64,000 nucleotides of DNA from Verrucomicrobiia bacterium (GCA_025451535.1 JANWKE010000009.1:11917-75916), one strand, 5' to 3'; shown: positions 10,014-19,397, counted from the stretch's first letter. Notes: generated by a model not told the origin, from the sequence alone. A program made the numbers and translations.

Positions 10014-10814
10014 ATGAAAAAAGTCTGTTTAATGCTGGCGTTGGCCAGCGGGTTCGTCATTCCCACCATCACGCGCGCGCAATTTGCCAGCGGCGTGTAC
10101 GATTACACCGAAGGTAGCGGCGTGATTGCCGGTTACAATGATCCGACGGTTGCGTTGGGCGGCCCCTCGACCCAGACAATGGATCCGACCTATGGTAATT
10201 CTCCGGTTGACCCGTTTGATGCACCGTATCTTTCCAGCCAGATAGTCGGGGTGGGCACCGGCGGTTCCATAACGCTGCAATTCAACACGCCGATTCAAAA
10301 CAACCCGGGTAATCCGTTCGGCGTGGATTTTATCATCTTCGGGCACGCGGGTTTTATTGAAGATTTCAGCACCGGCACCGCCGTGGACGGCTCGCTTTAT
10401 ACCGGTGGCACCAGCGATGTGCGCGTATCGGTGAGCATGGACGGCACGACCTTTTACACTTTGAATCCAGCGTTGACTCCCCAGGTTGATGGCCTTTTCC
10501 CGACCGACGGAAGCGGCAATCCGTTCCTGCCGGTCAATCCGGCCCTGACGGCGGCCGATTTTGCCGGCCAGGATTTGGCCGGAATCCGCGCCCTTTACAA
10601 CGGGTCGGCCGGCGGCGCGGGTTTCAGCCTGGCTTGGGCGACAGATGCAAATGGCCAGAGCGTATCGTTATCATCCGTCAATTACGTCCGGCTGACGGTT
10701 CTGAATGATGGAACCCCGGCATACGTTGACGCGATTTCAGTGGTGCCGGAACCGGGAACGTGGGCGCTGACGTTGACTGGTGCGGGGTTGTTTCTGCTGC
10801 GACGGCGCGCCTGA
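10014..10814 (+). CDS. PEP-CTERM sorting-domain surface protein, function unknown
   Basis: Signal peptide MKKVCLMLALASGFVIPTITRAQ. C-terminus VPEPGTWALTLTGAGLFLLRRRA has the PEP motif, a TM helix and a basic tail. The start is set at the internal ATG with the signal peptide. Confidence 0.85.
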   Translation: MKKVCLMLALASGFVIPTITRAQFASGVYDYTEGSGVIAGYNDPTVALGGPSTQTMDPTYGNSPVDPFDAPYLSSQIVGVGTGGSITLQFNTPIQNNPGNPFGVDFIIFGHAGFIEDFSTGTAVDGSLYTGGTSDVRVSVSMDGTTFYTLNPALTPQVDGLFPTDGSGNPFLPVNPALTAADFAGQDLAGIRALYNGSAGGAGFSLAWATDANGQSVSLSSVNYVRLTVLNDGTPAYVDAISVVPEPGTWALTLTGAGLFLLRRRA

Positions 10815-10818
10815 TAAC

Positions 10819-11790
10819 ATGCGCATCCGTTTGCTCATTTTGTGGGGCCTGGTTGCCGCCTCGGTCAGCGGGGCGGCAACTCTCGAGGAGGATTTCTCCA
10901 GCAACCCGCTGCAGAACGGCTGGAAAATCTTTGGCGACACCAACCTGTTTCAATGGAATGCCACCAACCAGGATCTCGCTGTCACCTGGGATTCGTCGCA
11001 AACCAACAGCTACTTTTATCATGCGTTGGGAACCATTCTCGCCCGGGACGACAATTTTCATCTGAATTTTGACCTGATGTTTCAGGATTACACGAATGGC
11101 ACCACACCGGGCAAGCCGTACGACTTTGAGGCGGCCGTTGGTTTCCTAAATCTCACCAACGCCACGCAAACGAATTTCTCGCGTGGCGCTGGCATCAACA
11201 AAACATACGGCCCGGATAATCTGGTCGAGTTCGATTTCTTTCCGGCCTTTTCCAGCTACCAACCGACCATCAGCCAGGTCATCGTCTCCACCAACAACGC
11301 CTGGTTATACAACAACAATAATCTCCTCGACCTGACGCCCGGCCAATGGTTCCACGTGGACGTGGATTACAACAGCGCGACCCGGACGCTTACCACCATC
11401 ATAACCAACAATGGTGTCCAATACGGCATGACCCAGACGATTCTGGTGCCGACCAATTTTGATTTTCGTGTCACCGCCATCTCCGTGAACAGTTACAGCG
11501 ACCAGAACGCCACCGGCTCGATCATGGCGCACGGCACGGTGGATAATTTCGTCATTACCGTTCCGTCATCGCCTGTGCAAAATTTCAGCGGCAGCTTCAC
11601 CGACGGCGTCTGGCAAACCCAATTTCTCAGCCGGAGTAACTGGCTTTATTCATTGCAACGTTCGCCGGACTTCCAATCTTGGACGAACATCTCATCAACG
11701 ATGCCGGGCAACGCGACGAATCTGTCCCTGCAAGACACCAGCCCGCCGGCAGGCGGGGCGTTTTACCGGATCAGCGCTCAAAGACCATGA
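10819..11790 (+). CDS. secreted hypothetical protein (beta-sandwich/LamG-like by composition)
   Basis: Signal peptide MRIRLLILWGLVAASVSGAA. Starts 5 nt after the upstream stop. N/T/S-rich, beta-rich sequence with no recognisable catalytic motif. Confidence 0.75.
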   Translation: MRIRLLILWGLVAASVSGAATLEEDFSSNPLQNGWKIFGDTNLFQWNATNQDLAVTWDSSQTNSYFYHALGTILARDDNFHLNFDLMFQDYTNGTTPGKPYDFEAAVGFLNLTNATQTNFSRGAGINKTYGPDNLVEFDFFPAFSSYQPTISQVIVSTNNAWLYNNNNLLDLTPGQWFHVDVDYNSATRTLTTIITNNGVQYGMTQTILVPTNFDFRVTAISVNSYSDQNATGSIMAHGTVDNFVITVPSSPVQNFSGSFTDGVWQTQFLSRSNWLYSLQRSPDFQSWTNISSTMPGNATNLSLQDTSPPAGGAFYRISAQRP

Positions 11791-12614
11791 AAACACGTGG
11801 CGAGTGGCGGGCGACAAGTGACGTGACACGAAGCACGAAGCACGCCGGGTTGGTGTTTTCCCGTCACGCGTCACGCATCACACGTCACCCGGAAGCCTTC
11901 ACACTGATTGAACTGCTGGTCAGCCTTGCGGTGATTGCGATTCTGGCGGCGATGATTCTGCCGGCCCTGAGCCAGAGCAAACAGTCCGCCTGGCGCGTTC
12001 AATGCACCAGCAACCTGCGCCAGCTGGGCATGGCCACGGAAATGTACTGGGACGACAACAAAGGAAGTTGTTTCCGATACATTTTCGGCGCCACGAACTA
12101 CGGAACCATTTACTGGTTCGGCTGGATTGGGCCGGGACCGGAAGGCCAGCGTCCCTACGATTTGTCATTGGGTGCATTGCACCCCTATGTCAGCGACAGC
12201 CACGTGAGAATTTGTCCCTCGTTGAACTACGCGTTGGCGCAGTTCAAATTGAAGGCCGATGGCGTCGTGTACAGTTATGGCTATAATCTTTACCTCTCCG
12301 CGGCCTCAACCAAACCGCCGGTCGCCGCCGGAACAATTTCGCACCCGGCCGAAACCGTCCTTTTTGCCGACGCCGCCCAGGTCAACGATTTTCAGGCACC
12401 CGCCTCGCCCGCGAACCCGATGCTGGAGGAATGGTATTACGTGGACACCAACACGAGTTATCCGAATGGCCATTTCCGTCATGATCAAAAAGCCAACGTA
12501 GTCTTTGTTGACGGACACGTGGGCCTGGAAAAACCGGTGTCCAGTTCAATCGATCAACGATTGCCCGCCCAATTCGTGGGACGGTTGCGGCCGGAGATTT
12601 TGGTGGTCCCGTAG
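11787..12614 (+). CDS. prepilin-type N-terminal cleavage/methylation domain protein, H-X9-DG (DUF1559-like) family
   Basis: [24 protein letters not shown] pilin-like helix and C-terminal HDQKANVVFVDGH (H-X9-DG). The ATG overlaps the upstream stop (ATGA at 11787-11790). Confidence 0.85.
   Translation: MKTRGEWRATSDVTRSTKHAGLVFSRHASRITRHPEAFTLIELLVSLAVIAILAAMILPALSQSKQSAWRVQCTSNLRQLGMATEMYWDDNKGSCFRYIFGATNYGTIYWFGWIGPGPEGQRPYDLSLGALHPYVSDSHVRICPSLNYALAQFKLKADGVVYSYGYNLYLSAASTKPPVAAGTISHPAETVLFADAAQVNDFQAPASPANPMLEEWYYVDTNTSYPNGHFRHDQKANVVFVDGHVGLEKPVSSSIDQRLPAQFVGRLRPEILVVP
11818..11888. repeat. imperfect heptad palindrome inside the pseudopilin leader-coding region
   Basis: gtgacgtgacacgaagcacgaagcacg ... 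cgtcacgcgtcacgcatcacacgtcac. The outer 8 bp gtgacgtg/cacgtcac are a perfect match, with ACG/CGT matches at 7-nt periodicity inside (17 of 27 positions complementary by hand). Confidence 0.6.
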
Positions 12615-12668
12615 TTCAACGGTGCAAATTCGATTGGGGGCTTGAGCCGGAAATGGTAGCATTCAGCG

Positions 12669-14717
12669 ATGATGCGTTTGCGCCTGCTTTCCCTGGGTTT
12701 GGCCGGCTTGAGCTGGCTGATTTTCAACCCGGTTGCGCGAGCGCAAAATGACATGATGCCAGGCGATTTCAACGCATCCTATTGTTACACCAACGATGAC
12801 TTGGGGGCGGTTTATCATCCGGAATCGACCTCGGTCAAGTTGTGGGCGCCGACCGCGAAGCAGGTTCGCCTGCTGTTGTTCGATGATGCGACCAATGAAG
12901 CTTTTCAGATCATTCCCCTGTCGCGCGATCCCGATGGCATTTGGTCCGCCGAATTGAAGGGCGACATGGATGGCAAATATTATTTGTACGAGGTCACACA
13001 TTTGCCCGCGGGGTCGGCCAGGCCGGCGGTTTATCGTGTCAACGATCCTTATGCCCGCGGCTGTTCCGCCAACACTGGCCGGACTTTGATTTATGACCCG
13101 CAAAAAACCAATCCCCAGGACTGGGACCAGGACCATTTCGTCACTTTGAAAAACAACGCGGATGCCGTGCTGTACGAGGTGCATATTCGCGACTTTTCCA
13201 TCAACAAAAATTCCGGCGCCACTGACGGCAACCGCGGAAAGTACTTCGGCATGGTGCAGCCGGGCACGAAAACGCCGGGTGGCGCGGCGAGCGGTTTGGA
13301 TCATTTGAAAGAGCTGGGCGTGACGCATGTTCACCTGTTGCCCTGCTTTGATTTCGCAGGCGGAGACGAACGGCAGAAAGCAGATGAATATACCTGGTAT
13401 AATTGGGGCTACGACCCGGTTCTCTACAACACCCCGGAAGGTTCCTACGCCACGAACCCCAATGGCGCCGCCCGGCAGAAGGAATTCAAGGAGATGGTTC
13501 AGGCCTTTCATCGGAACCAGATCGGCGTGGTCCTGGACGTGGTTTTCAATCACACCGCCGCCACCGGCTCGCGTCCGGCGTCCATTTTTGACAAGGTGTT
13601 TCCGCATTATTATTACCGGATGGACAAGTCCGGCCGTTACGCCAACGGCACCGGCTGCGGCAACGAATTTGCCTCGGAAAAACCCATGGCGCGGAAATTC
13701 ATCATGGATTCCGTCAAATACTGGATGACGGAATATCACGTGGACGGGTTCCGGTTTGACCTGATGGGAGTCTTGGACCGCGAAACCATGCTGGAGGTGT
13801 ATCGCGAGGCCAAAAAAATCAATCCCAGCGCCATCATTTATGGCGAAGGCTGGCAGATGGAACGCGTGTTGCCGGCCGATGAAATGACGACGCAGGCCAA
13901 CGTCCAGGGCACAGGCATCGCCGCCTTCAACGACGGCATCCGCGACAACATCAAGGGAGACAATGCAAACGCCCGCGAAGCTGGATTCGTCCAGGGAGCC
14001 GCACCGCCAGTCGGCGGCATGACCGGATTTCACCTGGAAATCAAAGGCCAGAGCACCGGCAAGGGCGGTCAAGGCATCGAAGTCTTTTCGCCGAACGAGA
14101 CCATCAATTACGACTCCGCCCATGATGACCTTTGTCTCCGGGACAAGCTGTGGTTGTCCGCGCCCGAAGTGCCGGAGGCCATGCGCATCAGCATGGACAA
14201 GTTGGCCGCAGGCATTGTGCTGACCGCCCAGGGAGTTCCCTTCATCCACGCCGGTGACGAATTTCTACGTTCCAAGAACCTCAATTCCAACAGCTACAAT
14301 GACAACGACCCGCGCGTGAATCCGATAGACTGGTCGCTCAAGGACCGGCACATGGACGTTTTCAATTTCTACCGGGGCCTCATCACCCTGCGGCGCGCGC
14401 ATCCCGCCTTGCGCATGACGGACCGGGCGCACGTGGACGAGGCTTTGGATTTCGCGACCGCCGCGCCCGCGAACGTCGTCGAATATGTGCTCAAGAACCA
14501 TGCGAACGGTGACGACTGGCAGACCATCCTGGTGATTTACAACGGCAACCCGGAGCCGAAAGAGTTAAGCGTGACCGGCGATTGGGCCGTCGTGGCAAAC
14601 GACCAAGCGGCGGGCACGGAGACATTGGAAACGGCGACTAACAAAATCCCCGTTGCGCGATTTTCACTCGTGGTGGCCCACACCGGGGGCGCGTACCATC
14701 TTGACGCGAATCATTAG
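12669..14717 (+). CDS. pulA: type I pullulanase (GH13)
   Basis: Signal peptide, a CBM48-like N-terminal region, the YNWGYDP motif, and GH13 conserved regions DVVFNHT, GFRFDLMG, YGEGW, YDSAHDD. Confidence 0.9.
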   Translation: MMRLRLLSLGLAGLSWLIFNPVARAQNDMMPGDFNASYCYTNDDLGAVYHPESTSVKLWAPTAKQVRLLLFDDATNEAFQIIPLSRDPDGIWSAELKGDMDGKYYLYEVTHLPAGSARPAVYRVNDPYARGCSANTGRTLIYDPQKTNPQDWDQDHFVTLKNNADAVLYEVHIRDFSINKNSGATDGNRGKYFGMVQPGTKTPGGAASGLDHLKELGVTHVHLLPCFDFAGGDERQKADEYTWYNWGYDPVLYNTPEGSYATNPNGAARQKEFKEMVQAFHRNQIGVVLDVVFNHTAATGSRPASIFDKVFPHYYYRMDKSGRYANGTGCGNEFASEKPMARKFIMDSVKYWMTEYHVDGFRFDLMGVLDRETMLEVYREAKKINPSAIIYGEGWQMERVLPADEMTTQANVQGTGIAAFNDGIRDNIKGDNANAREAGFVQGAAPPVGGMTGFHLEIKGQSTGKGGQGIEVFSPNETINYDSAHDDLCLRDKLWLSAPEVPEAMRISMDKLAAGIVLTAQGVPFIHAGDEFLRSKNLNSNSYNDNDPRVNPIDWSLKDRHMDVFNFYRGLITLRRAHPALRMTDRAHVDEALDFATAAPANVVEYVLKNHANGDDWQTILVIYNGNPEPKELSVTGDWAVVANDQAAGTETLETATNKIPVARFSLVVAHTGGAYHLDANH

Positions 14718-14733
14718 TTGTTTGTCGCCACGT

Positions 14734-16122
14734 TCACACGCCAATCTGTTTCTGGATGGCGCCGCAAATTTTTTGGGACCATTTTTCCAAAACCTTTGCG
14801 TCGCGGCCTTCGAGGAGCAGTCGCGCCTTTGGTTCCGTGCCGGAGTAACGCAGGAAAACCCGTCCGCCCTGCCCCTTCAGTTCCGTTTCGGCCTCGGCCA
14901 CCAGTTTATTCAGTCCGTCAAGCTGTTCGAACGGTTTTTTCTCACGGACTTTAACGTTGGTCACGAGCTGTGGAAAACGTGGCCAGCATTTCGCCAGTTC
15001 CGAAAGCGGCGCTTTTCTTGCGCGCATGATTTGCAGCACCTGCAATGCGGCCACGAGACCGTCACCGGTTGAACTGTAATCACGGAATATCAAATGACCG
15101 CTCTGCTCGCCGCCGAAGTTAAAGCCGTGATGCAGCATCTCATCAATCACGTTTCTATCGCCGACCGCAGTACGAACCACCTTGCCACCGGCGGATTTAA
15201 TCGCCACCTCCAGGCCCGCGTTGCTCATCACGGTGGTGACCAACGTTTTTTCCGCCAGCGTTTTCTGCGCCAGCATGTCGAGTGCCGCAATGGCCATGAT
15301 ATCGTCGCCGTCAATCAACTTGCCGGCCTCATCACACAGCAGGACGCGATCGGCGTCGCCGTCGTGGGCAACGCCTAAGTGTGCCCGCTGTTCAACCACC
15401 TTGCGGCAGAGGTTTTCCGGATGCATGGAACCGCAATTCTGATTGATGTTCATGCCATCAGGCTGGTTGCCACAGACGATGACCTCGGCGCCCAATTCCC
15501 GCAGCACGCAGGGCGTGGATTTGTAGGCCGCGCCATGGGCGCAATCCACAACCACGCGCAAACCTTCCAGGGTCAGATTTTTGGGAAAACTTGTCTTGGC
15601 AAATTCGATGTAGCGTCCCAGCGCGTCGTCAATGCGCACCGCCTTGCCAATTTCACCGGCGGTGGGGCGGATATTTTCGATTTCGCCGCTGAAAACGAGG
15701 TGTTCAATCTCGTCCTCGATTTTGTCATCGAGTTTGTAACCGTCGGCGCGGAAGAATTTGATGCCGTTGTCGGCATAAGGATTATGCGAGGCGGTGATGA
15801 CAATGCCGGCATCGGCGCGGAGGCTGCGGGTCACGTAGGCAACGCCGGGTGTCGGCAGCGGGCCGATGAACAGCACGTCCACGCCCATGGACAGGATGCC
15901 CGAGGAGATGGCATTTTCGAGCAGGTACCCGGAAAGTCGTGTGTCCTTGCCGATGACGATCTTGTGTTTGCCCCGGTTGCCCTGCCGCGGCTGACGTTCG
16001 AGATTCTTAAAAACATGGGCGGCGGCGCGGCCGAGTTTGAGGGCGGTTTCGGCGATGACCGGCTCGACGTTGGCCGTGCCGCGGACACCGTCCGTACCGA
16101 AAATTTTCTGGGGCTTGCTCAT
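14734..16122 (-). CDS. glmM: phosphoglucosamine mutase
   Basis: FGTDGVRGTAN, the active-site TASHNPYADNGIKFF, and full-length 462 aa. Confidence 0.95.
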   Translation of the reverse strand: MSKPQKIFGTDGVRGTANVEPVIAETALKLGRAAAHVFKNLERQPRQGNRGKHKIVIGKDTRLSGYLLENAISSGILSMGVDVLFIGPLPTPGVAYVTRSLRADAGIVITASHNPYADNGIKFFRADGYKLDDKIEDEIEHLVFSGEIENIRPTAGEIGKAVRIDDALGRYIEFAKTSFPKNLTLEGLRVVVDCAHGAAYKSTPCVLRELGAEVIVCGNQPDGMNINQNCGSMHPENLCRKVVEQRAHLGVAHDGDADRVLLCDEAGKLIDGDDIMAIAALDMLAQKTLAEKTLVTTVMSNAGLEVAIKSAGGKVVRTAVGDRNVIDEMLHHGFNFGGEQSGHLIFRDYSSTGDGLVAALQVLQIMRARKAPLSELAKCWPRFPQLVTNVKVREKKPFEQLDGLNKLVAEAETELKGQGGRVFLRYSGTEPKARLLLEGRDAKVLEKWSQKICGAIQKQIGV

Positions 16123-16127
16123 GGCAT

Positions 16128-16547
16128 CTATTCAGCCGGAGGCGTAATGGTCACGCCGACTTTGGGGGGGTCGACGGTATCGAGCGCCGCACCGGGTGGC
16201 GCTGAAATGTCCACGTTCAGGCGCGAGCCGGTCGCGGTATCGATGCCCGTAAGATTTACGATTGCGTGAACCTTGTTTGACTGTAAAACGGCGATGACGT
16301 CGGAGGGCCCGCTGAGTTTGACGGTGACCACGTTCGGAACGACCTGGGCGCTGTGCACGTCCGCGTTGGCGGAAAGCGCGAGCACCGGCAGATTCGAGAA
16401 TGTCACCGTGCTCACGGTGGCAAAGGGAGTGACGGCGACTTCCGGCGTTTCGCGGAGGTTATGGATGGTAATCCAAAGCCCGACAGCCAGAATCAGGGAA
16501 AACAATTTCCAGGTCAGATCCTTGGTAATCCAGTCACGCTTCGGCAT
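16128..16547 (-). CDS. cdaR: YbbR-domain protein (CdaR-like regulator of diadenylate cyclase)
   Basis: One TM helix followed by a single YbbR-like beta domain. It sits between cdaA and glmM as in the conserved operon. The start is set at MPKRDW, 4 nt after the cdaA stop. Confidence 0.65.
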   Translation of the reverse strand: MPKRDWITKDLTWKLFSLILAVGLWITIHNLRETPEVAVTPFATVSTVTFSNLPVLALSANADVHSAQVVPNVVTVKLSGPSDVIAVLQSNKVHAIVNLTGIDTATGSRLNVDISAPPGAALDTVDPPKVGVTITPPAE

Positions 16548-16551
16548 AAAT

Positions 16552-17418
16552 TCAATTGCTGGTCTGTTTGAGTTCCGGGCGGGGTTCATTTTTGGTGATG
16601 ACCGCCGAGCTGGGCTTGTGCCGTTCACTCAAATGGGAACGGAGCCAATCAATAATGCTGTGCGACTTTGCCGGCTGGATGAGCAGGGACGTTAGAAATG
16701 CGCGCAATTCCTCCAGGGTGACGCCGCGCACCAGCTGGCCTTTGTAGGCATGCGAAATCTTGCCGTTTTCCTCCGACACCGCGACGACCACTGCGTCGGT
16801 TTCCTCGGTCAGGCCGATGGCCGCGCGATGGCGTGTGCCGAGCGACTTGTTCAAATCCTGCCTTTGTGTCAGCGGGAAAATACAGGCCGCGTAAGCGATG
16901 CGGTCGCCTTTGATGATGACCCCGCCGTCGTGAATGGCATTGTTGGGAAAGAAAATCGTCTCGAGCATTTCCGGCGTCGCTTCGCAATCCACCGGAACGC
17001 CGGATTCAACGGCTTCGAACAGCTGGATGGATTGTTCGATGGCGATGAGCGCGCCGATGCGGACGTCTGACAGCCGCTCAACGGTTTGAATGATGACCTC
17101 GATATTTTCGCGCTGTTCCCGGGCGCTGGTAAACAACGGCAGGTTGCCGAGTTCGGCCAGCATGCGGCGCAATTCCGGTTGAAAGATGATCAGCACGGCA
17201 ATGGCAAAAAACGCCGAGAACGTGCCGAGCAACCAGCTCAAAACCTTCAACTTCAGCAGGGTCGTGGCAAAGGCCAGTACCAACAATACGACGACAAAGC
17301 CGACCACCACGGGCCAGCCGCGCGTGCCGCGCAAGAAACGGGAGGAGTAATAAATCATCACCGCGAGGATTAAAACTTCCAACGCGGGCCGCCAGCCTTC
17401 CTGGAGGTAGTGCCACAT
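16552..17418 (-). CDS. cdaA: diadenylate cyclase (c-di-AMP synthase), membrane-anchored
   Basis: Three N-terminal TM helices plus a DAC domain: HDGGVIIKGDRI...LGTRHRAAIGLTEETDAVVVAVSEE. Confidence 0.9.
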   Translation of the reverse strand: MWHYLQEGWRPALEVLILAVMIYYSSRFLRGTRGWPVVVGFVVVLLVLAFATTLLKLKVLSWLLGTFSAFFAIAVLIIFQPELRRMLAELGNLPLFTSAREQRENIEVIIQTVERLSDVRIGALIAIEQSIQLFEAVESGVPVDCEATPEMLETIFFPNNAIHDGGVIIKGDRIAYAACIFPLTQRQDLNKSLGTRHRAAIGLTEETDAVVVAVSEENGKISHAYKGQLVRGVTLEELRAFLTSLLIQPAKSHSIIDWLRSHLSERHKPSSAVITKNEPRPELKQTSN

Positions 17419-18260
17419 TATTTTCGTTTCCGAGCCAGCACGGCTTCCGTCATTCGCACCGCCTGGGCGGTTTCCGCCACGTCGTGCGCCCGGACCATTT
17501 GGGCGCCGGATTCAACCGCCAGGCATGCGCACGCCAGCGAAGCCGGCAATCGTTCTTTCAAATCCGCGCCCAGCAGTTTCCCGATAAACGACTTGCGGGA
17601 AACCCCGATCAGCAACGGACGTGCCATCGTTGTAAAACTCCGCAAGTTCGCGAGCAACTGCAAATTATGTTCCGCCGTTTTGCCAAACCCGATGCCGACA
17701 TCGAGCACGACCTGGTCAGCGGATACCCCGCTGGCCGTCAATCGTCCCAACCGTTCCTGAAAAAACCCGGCGACCTCGCGGACGACATCCGAGTAAACCG
17801 GATTTTCCTGCATAATCTTTGGCGTGCCGCGCGCATGCATGCAAACGTAACCCGCCTTGAACTCCGCCACAACCTGCCACATCAAGGCATCTTCACGGTT
17901 GGCTGCCACATCATTGACGATACTGGCGCCGGCGGCAAGCGCGGCGCGCGCCACGGCGGGTTTCATCGTGTCAATGGAAATGGGAACGTTCACGCGACCG
18001 GCCAATCGTTCGATAACGGGCAAAACCCGGCGCAACTCTTCCGCGGCGGAAACCGGTTCGGCACCGGGACGCGTGGATTCGCCGCCAAGGTCGAGAATCT
18101 CCGCGCCCTGGGCGACAAGCTTCAACGCGCGCGCCACGGCGGCATCGGCATCCAAAAACTCGCCGCCATCGGAAAACGAGTCGGGCGTGACGTTGACCAC
18201 GCCCATGACGGCCGTCGGCCGCGGAAAAACAAATTCAAACTGGCGGGCGCGAAATACCAT
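17418..18260 (-). CDS. folP: dihydropteroate synthase
   Basis: MGVVNVTPDSFSDGG, DLGGESTRPG, full-length pterin-binding domain. The stop overlaps the cdaA start by 1 nt (TAATG). Confidence 0.95.
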   Translation of the reverse strand: MVFRARQFEFVFPRPTAVMGVVNVTPDSFSDGGEFLDADAAVARALKLVAQGAEILDLGGESTRPGAEPVSAAEELRRVLPVIERLAGRVNVPISIDTMKPAVARAALAAGASIVNDVAANREDALMWQVVAEFKAGYVCMHARGTPKIMQENPVYSDVVREVAGFFQERLGRLTASGVSADQVVLDVGIGFGKTAEHNLQLLANLRSFTTMARPLLIGVSRKSFIGKLLGADLKERLPASLACACLAVESGAQMVRAHDVAETAQAVRMTEAVLARKRK

Positions 18261-18343
18261 TTATGATTTGCGATTTATGATTGCTGATCGGGTTTCAGCG
18301 GCGCATGCCAACCGGCCAAATCGCAAATCTTCAATCATAAATG
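18258..18343. repeat. imperfect heptad palindrome (GATTTGC/GATTTAT units) between the UXS gene and folP
   Basis: catttatgatttgcgatttatgattg ... caaatcgcaaatcttcaatcataaatg. catttatgatt is exactly complementary to aatcataaatg, with further gattt/aaatc matches inside. Confidence 0.6.
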
Positions 18344-18362
18344 AGAATTCGCCCACACCCTT

Positions 18363-19307
18363 TCAAATCTTCGTTCGGAAGTAGGCGATGGTGTCCGTCA
18401 GCCCCCGGTTCAGCGGTACCTTGGGCATCCAGTGGAGAATCTTTCGCGCGCGGGTGATGTCGGGTTGGCGCTGCTTGGGATCATCCTGCGGCAGCGGTTT
18501 GAATACGATCTTGCTGCGCGAGCCGGTGGCGCGAATGATTTCCCGGGCGAATTCGAGCATGGTCAGTTCGCTGGAATTGCCGATGTTCATCGGTTGATCG
18601 TACCGGCTCATCATCAACCGATAAATGCCTTCGATCAAATCGGACATATAACAAAAGCTCCGGGTTTGCCGGCCTTCGCCGAAGACGGTGACGGGTTTGT
18701 TTTTGAGCGCCTGGCTGATGAAGGAGGGAACGACGCGGCCGTCATTCAACCTCATACGCGGGCCATAGGTGTTGAAGATGCGGACAATGCGCGTCTCGAC
18801 CCGGTGTTCGCGGTGGTAGGCCATCGTCATGGCTTCGGCAAACCTTTTGGCCTCGTCGTAACAACCGCGCGGGCCGATGGGGTTGACATTGCCCCAATAA
18901 TCCTCCGTTTGCGGGTGTACCAGCGGGTCGCCGTAAATCTCCGAAGTCGAGGCGAGTAAAAAACGGGCCTGCTTGTTTTTGGCCAGGCCCAGCGCCTTGT
19001 GCGTGCCGAGTGAACCGACTTTGAGCGTCTGGATCGGCAGCTCCAGATAATCAATCGGACTGGCCGGCGACGCGAAATGCCACACGTAATCCACCGGTTC
19101 GTTCAGAAAAATGAATTCGCTGACGTCCTGCTGGATAAATTTGAAATTCGGATTGCCGCCGAGGTGCGAAATGTTGTCCACGGTGCCGGTGACAAAATTA
19201 TCAATGCCGATGACTTTATGGCCGTGCGCCAGGAGCAAATCGCTCAAGTGCGAGCCGAGAAACCCGGCGGCGCCGGTGACGACGGAGGTGGGTGGCTTCT
19301 TTTTCAT
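18363..19307 (-). CDS. UDP-glucuronate decarboxylase (UDP-xylose synthase)
   Basis: [18 protein letters not shown]...IGIDNFVTG...[11 protein letters not shown]...YDEAKR, the UXS-type SDR. The start is set at MKKKPPTS. Confidence 0.88.
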   Translation of the reverse strand: MKKKPPTSVVTGAAGFLGSHLSDLLLAHGHKVIGIDNFVTGTVDNISHLGGNPNFKFIQQDVSEFIFLNEPVDYVWHFASPASPIDYLELPIQTLKVGSLGTHKALGLAKNKQARFLLASTSEIYGDPLVHPQTEDYWGNVNPIGPRGCYDEAKRFAEAMTMAYHREHRVETRIVRIFNTYGPRMRLNDGRVVPSFISQALKNKPVTVFGEGRQTRSFCYMSDLIEGIYRLMMSRYDQPMNIGNSSELTMLEFAREIIRATGSRSKIVFKPLPQDDPKQRQPDITRARKILHWMPKVPLNRGLTDTIAYFRTKI

Positions 19308-19397
19308 CAAAGGCAAATGGTTCGACGGTTCCACCGCCGAATGAAAGCAGCGTAGTGGAACGGAAACAGGATTCAACGATTAAACGGACCAGCCATT

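Noticed and set aside
9505-10117. ORFs 9505-9762, 9749-10117 and the upstream part of 9888-10814
   Set aside because: They lie over the cobalamin riboswitch and its leader. The real protein starts at 10014, where the signal peptide begins.
12663-14249. 528-aa minus-strand ORF
   Set aside because: Antisense to the pullulanase gene, which has clear GH13 motifs.
15379-16269. 296-aa + ORF
   Set aside because: Antisense to glmM and cdaR.
17484-18266. 260-aa + ORF
   Set aside because: Antisense to folP.
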